Positions 8,626 through 16,801 of a DNA stretch of 43,930 nucleotides are shown one piece after another. The stretch's first letter is position 1, and every line of letters begins with the position of its first letter. The position numbers and the translations under genes are program-made. The stretch is from a virus (lineage: Duplodnaviria; Caudoviricetes), in the IMG/VR virus record IMGVR_UViG_3300022697_000068, positions 1 through 43,930 of that record, one strand, 5' to 3'. Below the pieces are notes generated by a model. It worked only from the letters and a program-made list of their open reading frames with translations, made no database searches and was not told the DNA's origin.

Positions 8626-9004
8626 GAGGATTTACGTTGTTACAGATACGTTTCAAAGATACCAAGTATTTATCGAGAAAAATTCATTAGACACAGAAAC
8701 GTGGAAATTTTGCAGTATGCCGGAGCCGTTGTTTGGCAGAGAGAATTATGATCTGATTTTCATCGAGGGTTATTTGAATATCGACCCAAAGAATTTACAG
8801 AGAATAAAAGACCAATATGCGACAGGCGGAAAAAGATGTTTCCCGGCGGTAAGGGGTCAAAATTTGACTGGCCTATCAAATACATTCGACATTTTAATTG
8901 TAGAATTTTCACGTCACCCGGATGTCAATAAGCAATTGGCGGATCAGGGAAGGCGCGAAATACGAAAGGCATTTGAGACGCTCGAAAGGAGTTACCATCC
9001 ATGA
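8606..9004 (+). CDS. hypothetical protein
   Basis: 132-aa ORF in tight operon; start may be ATG 8615. Confidence 0.6.
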   Translation: MNAMTHKRIYVVTDTFQRYQVFIEKNSLDTETWKFCSMPEPLFGRENYDLIFIEGYLNIDPKNLQRIKDQYATGGKRCFPAVRGQNLTGLSNTFDILIVEFSRHPDVNKQLADQGRREIRKAFETLERSYHP

Positions 9005-9276
9005 AAGCCGTGGTCAGGGTTAGGGGTCACAGGCGGAAAGGGGTATGGGATTGGACGGCAGAGGTCCAAGATAAAGAACTCAAAGAACTTGCAGAGAAAA
9101 ATTTCATCAATGCTCTGAATCAAGGCGGGAATGTTTGGGATATGGTCATGGAGAGGCGGCCAGGAAATATTGCCGTGAGAATCGGAAAGCGATCCAAACC
9201 GTCAATGGGCATGGTAGCTGAAAACTACATGCACCATTCGTTTATGTTTGAAATGAGGCCAATAAATGAAAATTGA
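9001..9276 (+). CDS. hypothetical protein
   Basis: AAGGAG RBS, ATGA overlap. Confidence 0.65.
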   Translation: MKAVVRVRGHRRKGVWDWTAEVQDKELKELAEKNFINALNQGGNVWDMVMERRPGNIAVRIGKRSKPSMGMVAENYMHHSFMFEMRPINEN

Positions 9277-9481
9277 AACACCAAAAGAAGTTGGCGACCA
9301 CATCGGCCTCTATCAATACGATATTACGCTAATGAAAACAGAACACGGATGTACCGTCACGTTAAGATCGCCGAAGGGGACCATGCTCACTTTCGATCCT
9401 GCAAAAAGTTCAATGGAATGTGCCGTGATAAAATCCAAGCAGATGGAAGCCTTGGCGGTCAATGGCAATGTGAAATTATAA
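9266..9481 (+). CDS. hypothetical protein
   Basis: 71-aa ORF, GAGG RBS, operonic overlap. Confidence 0.6.
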   Translation: MKIETPKEVGDHIGLYQYDITLMKTEHGCTVTLRSPKGTMLTFDPAKSSMECAVIKSKQMEALAVNGNVKL

Positions 9482-9493
9482 TCAGGCGATTTC

Positions 9494-10903
9494 GTGAACG
9501 CAGTAAACAGGGCTATAAAGAGAATTTGGAGGGCGCAACCCGGCCCTCAAAGAAATTTGATCCGTTGCCCTTGGGAGGAAATCGGTTACGGCGGCGCACG
9601 GGGAGGCGGGAAGAGTGATGGTATAATAGGGAAATGGATTCAGCACGTCTATGAAGTTGGGGGGGATGCGAGGGGAATTATTTTCCGCCGAACGTATCCA
9701 GAGCTTGAGCAATTAGAACTCAGGGCCATCGAATTATTGGAAGGGTCCGGTTGGCGATATGTAAGCGGAAAAAGAACTTTCATAGACAAAGACGGCGCGC
9801 GGTTAAAACTTCGCTATCTTGATAAAGACCGGGATGCTGGAAATTATCAAGGGCATGAGTATACATTTATTGCCGTTGATGAATATGGGGAATTTCCATC
9901 ACCCGATCCTATTAATAGAATTAAAGTTTGCTTGCGGTCGCCAAAGGTTGATCGAAAAGTTTTTGTTGCATCTTTCAATCCAGGCGGGGTTGGGCATAAT
10001 CATATAAAAAAATATTTCATTGACCCTGCTCCGCCAATGACTCCGATAAAAAATTTGGAGGGAGGGATTAGGATATTTATTCCAGCGAAGTTGCGGGACA
10101 ATATAATCCTACAACACAAAGACCCGAATTATTGGAAGCGCATCAAGGCGAGCGGCATACCAGATTATTTATTGAAGGCATGGCTTTACGGGGATTGGGA
10201 TATAGTTGCTGGCGGTTTCTTTGATGATATTTGGAACCGTAAAATACATATCATTCCACCATTCGATATTCCCCGGTCGTGGATGATCGACAGAAGTTTT
10301 GATTGGGGTTCATCAAAACCATTTTCGGTTGGGTGGTGGGCGGAATCGGACGGAACAGACGTGGAAATAAATACGCCGAATGGAAAGGTAATGAAAAAAT
10401 TTCCTTACGGCACAATATTCAGAATCGCAGAATGGTATGGATGGTCTGGAAAGCCAAACGAGGGATTGAAAATGACGAATTCTGAAATCGCTCGTGGAGT
10501 TCTGGAAAGGGAAAAAATCTATGGCCTTGAAGGGCGCGTCAATCCCGGCCCCGCCGATCCTTCAATATGGGATTGCTCGAGGGGGCCATCTATTGCACAG
10601 GATATGGCGGATACGGGAGTTGATTGGTTGCCCGGCGAGAACAGGCCCGGTTCAAGAATTATCAGGTGGCAAAGAATCAGGCAGATGCTTACCGCGTCAA
10701 AGGGGGGAAGTTTAGAGGAGGCGGGTCTTTACACCTTTCCAAATTGCACCGATGGATTTTTGAGATGTTTTCCTGTTACTCAAAGGGATAAAAAGAAAGT
10801 GGAGGATATAGACACTACTCAAGAGGATCATTGCCAAGATGAAGTTGGCTACCGTGTTATGGGAGAGTCTGGGACCACCCACCAATCAATCATCAGTCAT
10901 TAA
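9494..10903 (+). CDS. terL: terminase large subunit
   Basis: Walker A YGGARGGGKS, Walker B IAVDE, NPGG motif, nuclease domain FDWG..DPS..EDHCQD. Confidence 0.95.
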   Translation: MNAVNRAIKRIWRAQPGPQRNLIRCPWEEIGYGGARGGGKSDGIIGKWIQHVYEVGGDARGIIFRRTYPELEQLELRAIELLEGSGWRYVSGKRTFIDKDGARLKLRYLDKDRDAGNYQGHEYTFIAVDEYGEFPSPDPINRIKVCLRSPKVDRKVFVASFNPGGVGHNHIKKYFIDPAPPMTPIKNLEGGIRIFIPAKLRDNIILQHKDPNYWKRIKASGIPDYLLKAWLYGDWDIVAGGFFDDIWNRKIHIIPPFDIPRSWMIDRSFDWGSSKPFSVGWWAESDGTDVEINTPNGKVMKKFPYGTIFRIAEWYGWSGKPNEGLKMTNSEIARGVLEREKIYGLEGRVNPGPADPSIWDCSRGPSIAQDMADTGVDWLPGENRPGSRIIRWQRIRQMLTASKGGSLEEAGLYTFPNCTDGFLRCFPVTQRDKKKVEDIDTTQEDHCQDEVGYRVMGESGTTHQSIISH

Positions 10904-10913
10904 AGGGAAAATC

Positions 10914-12395
10914 ATGGCCCATAAAAAAGACGACCCAAGGCATTTGTCAAGTTCATATTTAAAGATGGCCCCGGAATGGAAAGTCGTTAGGGATGTTACA
11001 GGCGGAACTCCGTCAATGAGGGCGGCGGGGGAACAATACCTACCAAGGAATCCGCTTGAGAGCTTGGGAAATTATGGCAAGCGTTTACGGCGCGTTTCTT
11101 TCTTCAATGTTTTTAGAGAAACAAAGGTCGGGATGGCAGGAATGGTTTTCAGGAAAGATGCCTCCCTTTCAGATGACACCCCGGAGCAGATAGCGGAACA
11201 CTTGGAGGACGTGGACCTAATGGGTAATGACGTTGATGAATTTGCGTTTCAGGCTTTCGATGAGGGTTGCACGTTAGGCCAGGTTTATGGATTTGTGGAT
11301 TTTACAATCAATAACGGCGTGACAAATCTTGCGGAGGAAAGGGCTTTAGGCTTACGGCCTTATTGGGTCATGATCGAGGCAGAAAATATTTTATCGTGGA
11401 GGACAAGGATTCAAAATGGGAAAGTTATTTTCCAGCAAATTGTTATTCTTGAATACGTCACAGCACCGTCCGGCGATTTCACAGAAGAGATTTTTAGGCA
11501 GTACAAAGTAATTCAGGAAAATTCGTTTCAAGTGTGGAGACATATTATAAAAGACGGAAAAGAATCGGATGATCTGCATATTATTTCAGAGGGAATAAAT
11601 ACCTTGGGAGAAATCCCGCTAGTTATTTTCAATTTCAATAGGCAGGGAATGTTTACCAGCACGCCGCCCTTGTTAGATTTGGCTTATGAAAATATTTCCC
11701 ATTGGCAGAGCCGTTCTGACCATAGAAATAGTTTGCATTTTAGTTCCATCGCCGTGCTTGCTATTTTTGGGCGATCATCTACCGATAAGGGGAAGGCTAT
11801 TGAATGGGCCGCTGATTCAGTTTTAGATTTGCCTCAGAATGCAGAAGCCAAGTTCCTTGAGCATGAAGGAAGGGCATTGAGCGCGACACGCGAAGAGGTG
11901 AGAGATAGTGAAACCAGAATGGCCCGTATGGGTCTATCCTTTATTGTCGAAGGCGACCCGGATATAAAGGCCACGAAGTTAAAGCAGGATAAAGCAGAGG
12001 GCGACAGTAAACTTTCAAAGATGGTTGGGGAATTAAAGCGCGGAATGACACGCATGATGTCTTTCCATCAAAAATGGCTAACCAACGGCGCGGATGATTT
12101 TGGCGGAAAATATATTCCTAACAATGATTTTACGGATCGCCGTATGTCGCCGGAAATGGTGGATAAGTGGAGTCAGTTAGTAAATTCAAATCAGATTTCA
12201 ATTGAAACAATGTGGGATGCCCTCAAGGAAGGCGAAGTCTTGCCGAAAGATTTTGATGAGGGTGCAGAGCGTCAACGGATTCTTGATGAAGAGTCGAAGC
12301 GGATGCAGAATGAAGCGGATGCTTTCAACAGAGAAAGGGAATTGAGCAACGGTAATAACGACGGGGGGGGCGGAGGGGAAGGCGATGACCAATAA
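10914..12395 (+). CDS. portal protein (DUF4055-type)
   Basis: Follows terL; GGTPSMRAAGEQYLP..Y..RL..FFN..VDLMG..RPYW..PPLLDLAYENISHWQ; start at ATG 10914. Confidence 0.9.
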   Translation: MAHKKDDPRHLSSSYLKMAPEWKVVRDVTGGTPSMRAAGEQYLPRNPLESLGNYGKRLRRVSFFNVFRETKVGMAGMVFRKDASLSDDTPEQIAEHLEDVDLMGNDVDEFAFQAFDEGCTLGQVYGFVDFTINNGVTNLAEERALGLRPYWVMIEAENILSWRTRIQNGKVIFQQIVILEYVTAPSGDFTEEIFRQYKVIQENSFQVWRHIIKDGKESDDLHIISEGINTLGEIPLVIFNFNRQGMFTSTPPLLDLAYENISHWQSRSDHRNSLHFSSIAVLAIFGRSSTDKGKAIEWAADSVLDLPQNAEAKFLEHEGRALSATREEVRDSETRMARMGLSFIVEGDPDIKATKLKQDKAEGDSKLSKMVGELKRGMTRMMSFHQKWLTNGADDFGGKYIPNNDFTDRRMSPEMVDKWSQLVNSNQISIETMWDALKEGEVLPKDFDEGAERQRILDEESKRMQNEADAFNRERELSNGNNDGGGGGEGDDQ

Positions 12396-12651
12396 AGAAT
12401 TGTTTGAAGAGAACAGGAATCACCGCGCAAGAATCATAGAGTTGGAGGCTTACATTCGCGGGGCAAGGGAAGCTCACCGTAGGAATGAAAAACTTTTCGC
12501 AGAAAACGAAAAACTAAAAAAGGAAACCGCTGGCCTTAAAGATCGGCTGGAATATAAGGAAGTTGGCCCCACAATAAATTATTTGAATCGTTATGAAAAA
12601 ACATCAAAGAGAATTAAAGATAAGAAAAAGAAGAAAAAAGTAAATGGCTAA
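12385..12651 (+). CDS. hypothetical coiled-coil basic protein
   Basis: 88-aa ORF overlapping both neighbours. Confidence 0.6.
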   Translation: MTNKELFEENRNHRARIIELEAYIRGAREAHRRNEKLFAENEKLKKETAGLKDRLEYKEVGPTINYLNRYEKTSKRIKDKKKKKKVNG

Positions 12652-13729
12652 ATTACCAAGAGACACAACCGGGAAAATGGTCCGGCATATTTTCGATCTT
12701 CGCCGGGTGGAGAACGGGTTGTTTTTTGATATATCTACCCCGTTGAATTTTGCGGAAAAAGAAGTCACCAAAGCATTAATCCAAAGTGATTTGGGTGACG
12801 CTATCCGATTTGACACGAAACAGAGGCGGTTGAATAAATTAATGCTGGAAGCAGATGAGGTGATTGCCGATTCTATATTGGCGATGGATAAGGATTTGAG
12901 AAAAAGTTTAAGGGAATTGGCTATCATGGAATCAGATTTTGCCGGGACGGTGTTGCAGGAAGCCACAGGGAGCAATACGGGGCTAAAAGTCCAGTTCGGG
13001 GTTGGGGTATTGGATGCCGGTTTGCTCAAGCGGATAATCAGGGAGGAGCCTTTTAATGGTATCCAATTAGCAAGCTGGTGGAAAAGGCAAAGATTTGCAA
13101 CGCGAGCGGAATTCAGAAAGCGGTTGAGTCTTGGGCTTGTAAACGGGGATTCAACATCGGAATTGGTTCGGGGGATCAGGGGGACACGGGCCACAGGGTT
13201 TAAAGATGGAATGTTTAAAAGGCAGGGTCTTTCCGGCCATCAAATCAGGGCTATTATTCGGACTTCTGTCAATCAGGTTTCAAACAGGTCTGCCGAGGAA
13301 ACATACCGAGCTAATTCGGATATAACAACGACTTACGAGTATGTGGCTACGCTGGATGATCGAACAACGCCTATTTGTCGAAGCCTTGACGGTCTGATAT
13401 TCAGGTATGATGACGCGGCCGGGTCAAGACCTCCACAGCACGCGGGTTGTCGTTCGGTTATCAGGCCCATAGTGGGTTTCAAGGAATTAGGATTGAAAAA
13501 GCCGGTTGATGGCACAAGGGTGGCGCGTGGCGATACTCCTGGGCCGGTAAAAAGTTCTATTAAATATTCGGATTGGCTTAGAACCCAAGGGGTTCCAACT
13601 CAAAACAGGATATTGGGACCGGAAAGAGCAATGCTTTTCAGGCGAGGAAAAGTGACATTAAATGAAATGCTAAGAAGGGATGGAAGACTTTTAACATTGC
13701 CTGATTTGAGAAAAAGAATAAACAATTAA
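12644..13729 (+). CDS. minor head protein, MuF/SPP1 gp7 family
   Basis: YVATLDDRTTPICRSLDG..PPQHAGCRS..YSDWLRTQ..ILGPERA.LFR.G. Confidence 0.92.
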   Translation: MAKLPRDTTGKMVRHIFDLRRVENGLFFDISTPLNFAEKEVTKALIQSDLGDAIRFDTKQRRLNKLMLEADEVIADSILAMDKDLRKSLRELAIMESDFAGTVLQEATGSNTGLKVQFGVGVLDAGLLKRIIREEPFNGIQLASWWKRQRFATRAEFRKRLSLGLVNGDSTSELVRGIRGTRATGFKDGMFKRQGLSGHQIRAIIRTSVNQVSNRSAEETYRANSDITTTYEYVATLDDRTTPICRSLDGLIFRYDDAAGSRPPQHAGCRSVIRPIVGFKELGLKKPVDGTRVARGDTPGPVKSSIKYSDWLRTQGVPTQNRILGPERAMLFRRGKVTLNEMLRRDGRLLTLPDLRKRINN

Positions 13730-13761
13730 AATATTTTCTGCTATGATTTTGAATCTTGGAG

Positions 13762-13790
13762 TTGACGAACCGGGAATTTATATATAAACT
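13762..13790 (+). promoter_or_regulatory. putative sigma70-type promoter for scaffold/capsid genes
   Basis: TTGACG-17 nt-TAAACT in an AT-rich intergenic gap, followed by GGAGG RBS. Confidence 0.45.
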
Positions 13791-13819
13791 TTTAGTAACG
13801 ATATTCGGAGGGGATTGCA

Positions 13820-14629
13820 ATGAGTTTTTCTAAATTAGAAAATTTGGTAAAATTTGAAGACGACGGGGGAGACAAGGGCGGCGGAACCGGGGGCGGAACG
13901 TTCAACCAGGGTCAGGTTAATGAGGCGGTTGAAGCGGCTGTAAAAAAAGCGGTTGGTGACGTGCAAAACCTCAAGGCCAATAACCAGAATTTGAAAAACG
14001 AAAAGCAAGCGGCCCTTGAAAGGGTTAAGAAATTTGACGGCGTTAGTGATGGCGACCTTACGGAACTCAGCAAGTTCAAGGAGGAAAAGGCCGAACTCGA
14101 AAAAAAGAAAGCGTTGGATGCCGGTAAATGGAAAGACCTTGAAGTGCAGTTGATCGAGAAGCACGATGTAACCATGAAGGAAAAAGACAGTCGCATTAAT
14201 TTCCTCATGACCGAAGTAACCAAACATGTCACTGATTCTCAGCTTACGAAGTCATTGGCAAAGGTAGGCGGTCAACCACACTTGATACTCCACGCATTGA
14301 AGGAGCATGTTAAATTAGTTGAAAATGATAAGGGGATTCATGCGGTCGTAATTGATCCTTTGACCGGAAATGAAAGAATTGCCGATGATAAGGGGACCAA
14401 GATGACTATGGATCAACTTGTCGAAGATTTCAAAAGCAAGGATGAGTGGGCCGGTGCATTTGCTGGTTCGGGTCAAAGCGGTATGGACACGAAAAACAAT
14501 AATACGCGAAAGGGGAACCCCACAGGAGCGCAGATGACACAAACGCAATTTTCTAATCTGGATTTAAAGCAAATGGAATTTGCGAGAGAAAGACGTGCAA
14601 AGGGAGAACTTACAATAGTTGCAGGTTGA
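13820..14629 (+). CDS. capsid scaffolding protein
   Basis: Charged coiled coil, G-rich N-terminus, FAGSGQSG motif, directly before the capsid gene. Confidence 0.8.
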   Translation: MSFSKLENLVKFEDDGGDKGGGTGGGTFNQGQVNEAVEAAVKKAVGDVQNLKANNQNLKNEKQAALERVKKFDGVSDGDLTELSKFKEEKAELEKKKALDAGKWKDLEVQLIEKHDVTMKEKDSRINFLMTEVTKHVTDSQLTKSLAKVGGQPHLILHALKEHVKLVENDKGIHAVVIDPLTGNERIADDKGTKMTMDQLVEDFKSKDEWAGAFAGSGQSGMDTKNNNTRKGNPTGAQMTQTQFSNLDLKQMEFARERRAKGELTIVAG

Positions 14630-14639
14630 TTTATATGCA

Positions 14640-14759
14640 GCCCTCGGTTGGACCGAGGGCGACAAAGTTTAGATTATTAAACGGTTGGACCGTTGCCCAT
14701 TCGGGGTTGGACTCCAATGGATTATTTTTCAATAATTTTTCATCGGAGTTAGACCAATG
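14640..14759 (+). promoter_or_regulatory. structured leader: three GT-TGG-AC hairpins plus anti-RBS
   Basis: GCCCTCGGT-TGG-ACCGAGGGC; AACGGT-TGG-ACCGTT; CCATTcGGGGT-TGG-ACTCCAATGG; GACTCCAATG can alternatively pair with CATCGGAGTT. Confidence 0.75.
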
Positions 14760-15902
14760 GCTAACGATTTCAGCAATTTGTTTCAGAACATTTTAAAATT
14801 CGGAGCCTTGGCTTTGCGTGAAAATTCAATCATGCCAAGGTTGGTTTCTCAGGACTTCGGACCTGAGGAAGCCCAAAAAGGTCAGGTTATTAACATTTCC
14901 ATACCACGACCCAAAACGACAGAGAATGTCGCCCCCGGAGCGGCGCAAACCGGGAATGACCGTCAACACGATTTGCATCCTATCACTATGGACCAGTGGA
15001 AGCAGTCCAGCTTCAACATCACCGACAAAGAAGAGAGGGAAGTTTTCGAGCAAGGAATTTTGCCTGCCGATTCATCCGAGGCTATCAAGGCGTTGATGAA
15101 CGAAGTTGATAATTACATCATCAACAAAATGCTGTTGAAGATGCCTTACACGGTTGGGTCTGCGGCTCCCGTGGCAGTAGCCGACATCGTGGATGCTCGA
15201 ACCGCAATGGTTAAGCAGTTGGCTCCGGTATCTGGATTGAATTACATTATGAATCCAGACACCGAAGGCGCAATGCTGAAATTGGGGACATTCCACCAAG
15301 CGGACCAGAGCGGGAACCTTGCAGGATTGCAGGAAGGAAACCTTGGGCGTAAATTCGGATTCCAGATGTTCATGGATCAGAATTTGACCGGGAAAACTCT
15401 GGTCTCCGGCACGAAGGCGGGGACCATTCTGACCAATGGCGCAATTGTCGTTGGGCAGACCGCTATTCCGATTGACGGCGGAACGGTTTCAACTACGTTG
15501 GTTCCGGGCGACACTGTGAAGTTCGCAGGCGACCCAAATACCTACATCGTGACCAATTCGGTTGCGAGTGTTCTTGCTGGGACCATGAACATCTTTCCGC
15601 CTGCGAAAGTTGCGATTGGGGATGGAGCGGTTGTAACACCTATTTATACTGCCTCGCAGATCGTTACCTATCATTCCATCGCTTCACATCCAACGGCGTT
15701 CGGTTTCGTCAACCGTCCAATGCGGGTTGCCCGTGATGGACTCGGCGTTGTGAGCACGGCTATTGTTGACCCGATTACCGGCCTTAGTTTGAGGCTGGAA
15801 GTCACCCGGAACAACAAGCAGGATAATTGGTCGTGGGATATTCTTTATGGAGGCGATGTAGTACGCCCTGAATTTGGAGCGTTCAACACCGCAATAGTTT
15901 AA
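14757..15902 (+). CDS. major capsid protein (P22 coat/gp5-like, HK97 fold)
   Basis: ALRENSIMPRLV..KGQVINI..GNLGRKFGFQMFMDQN..HPTAFGFV.RP..GLSLRL..WDILYG..VRPE. Confidence 0.92.
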   Translation: MANDFSNLFQNILKFGALALRENSIMPRLVSQDFGPEEAQKGQVINISIPRPKTTENVAPGAAQTGNDRQHDLHPITMDQWKQSSFNITDKEEREVFEQGILPADSSEAIKALMNEVDNYIINKMLLKMPYTVGSAAPVAVADIVDARTAMVKQLAPVSGLNYIMNPDTEGAMLKLGTFHQADQSGNLAGLQEGNLGRKFGFQMFMDQNLTGKTLVSGTKAGTILTNGAIVVGQTAIPIDGGTVSTTLVPGDTVKFAGDPNTYIVTNSVASVLAGTMNIFPPAKVAIGDGAVVTPIYTASQIVTYHSIASHPTAFGFVNRPMRVARDGLGVVSTAIVDPITGLSLRLEVTRNNKQDNWSWDILYGGDVVRPEFGAFNTAIV

Positions 15903-15915
15903 GTTTTTCTGGGTT

Positions 15916-15939
15916 GGGGGCTTCGGCCCCCTTTCTTTT
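15916..15939 (+). terminator. intrinsic terminator after capsid gene
   Basis: GGGGGC-TTCG-GCCCCC followed by TTTCTTTT. Confidence 0.9.
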
Positions 15940-15978
15940 GCCTACCATTATTAATCAATTTAAAATCGAGGTTCCAGA

Positions 15979-16287
15979 ATGAGCGAACAAAAGAATCCAT
16001 GGCTTACGCAAATTCCGACAGTCGAATGTATCCATCCGATTAGCAAGCGAAAAATGCTTGTGAACCATTCGGAGTATCACGCCAACAAATATAAATATAC
16101 GCTTTGTGGTTCTGGCGATGATGCAAAAGATCAGCCTGAAAAAACAGGCGACAATCCTAATTCTGGATCGGCGTGGAATACAAATCCAGAAACAAAACAT
16201 GGCGCAGGCGGAACGATTGAAACTCCAGTAGAGAAAAAAGCTAGAGAGAAAAAAGAAGCAGGAGCCAAGAAGGGCGCGGGTAATTAA
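15979..16287 (+). CDS. hypothetical head-associated protein
   Basis: 102-aa ORF after the capsid gene, GAGG RBS, low-complexity tail. Confidence 0.65.
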   Translation: MSEQKNPWLTQIPTVECIHPISKRKMLVNHSEYHANKYKYTLCGSGDDAKDQPEKTGDNPNSGSAWNTNPETKHGAGGTIETPVEKKAREKKEAGAKKGAGN

Positions 16288-16289
16288 CT

Positions 16290-16781
16290 ATGGCCTTGGC
16301 CCTTGATGCGGCAGTGGGGGGGATATCCTCCAATTCCTATGATACGGTTGCCAATGCTGAATTGTATTTCGATGGCCGAATCAATAAACAAGCGTGGACC
16401 GATGCGGATACGGCGGACAAGCCTGTCGTGTTGGTCCATGCAACCACCGTGCTTGACGCGGAAATATGGAACGGGGAAAAAGCCAACAGCGAACAAAGAT
16501 TAAAATGGCCCCGGTTTGATGTTCTTGATGATGACGGGCTTGAAGTCGATGCAACGATTATACCCAAAGAAATTAAAGAGGCTATATTTGAATTAGCACT
16601 TGTGCTTTTGGGGAGTGATATCCAATCGCATACCGGATTAGAAAAATTCAACCTCCTTAAAGTAGGAGAAATTGAAATCGAACCAAAGGACGGGATTGCC
16701 AATGTCCTCCCAGACGAAGTAACCAAATTAATAAGTAGATTTCAAGCAAGCGGCTCCGGTTCGCGCCGGATTCGTGGATAA
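16290..16781 (+). CDS. head-tail adaptor (family often annotated DnaT-like)
   Basis: SNSYDTVANAELYF..W.GEKA..QRLKWPR..IPKEIKEAIFELA..KVGEIEI. Confidence 0.85.
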   Translation: MALALDAAVGGISSNSYDTVANAELYFDGRINKQAWTDADTADKPVVLVHATTVLDAEIWNGEKANSEQRLKWPRFDVLDDDGLEVDATIIPKEIKEAIFELALVLLGSDIQSHTGLEKFNLLKVGEIEIEPKDGIANVLPDEVTKLISRFQASGSGSRRIRG

Positions 16782-16801
16782 CCTAAAAAGGAGTAAAGTA
16801 A

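Noticed and set aside
12604-13194. Long minus-strand ORFs (this one, 27855-28454, 41255-41890 and others)
   Set aside because: Antisense shadows of well-supported + strand genes, with no recognisable motifs.
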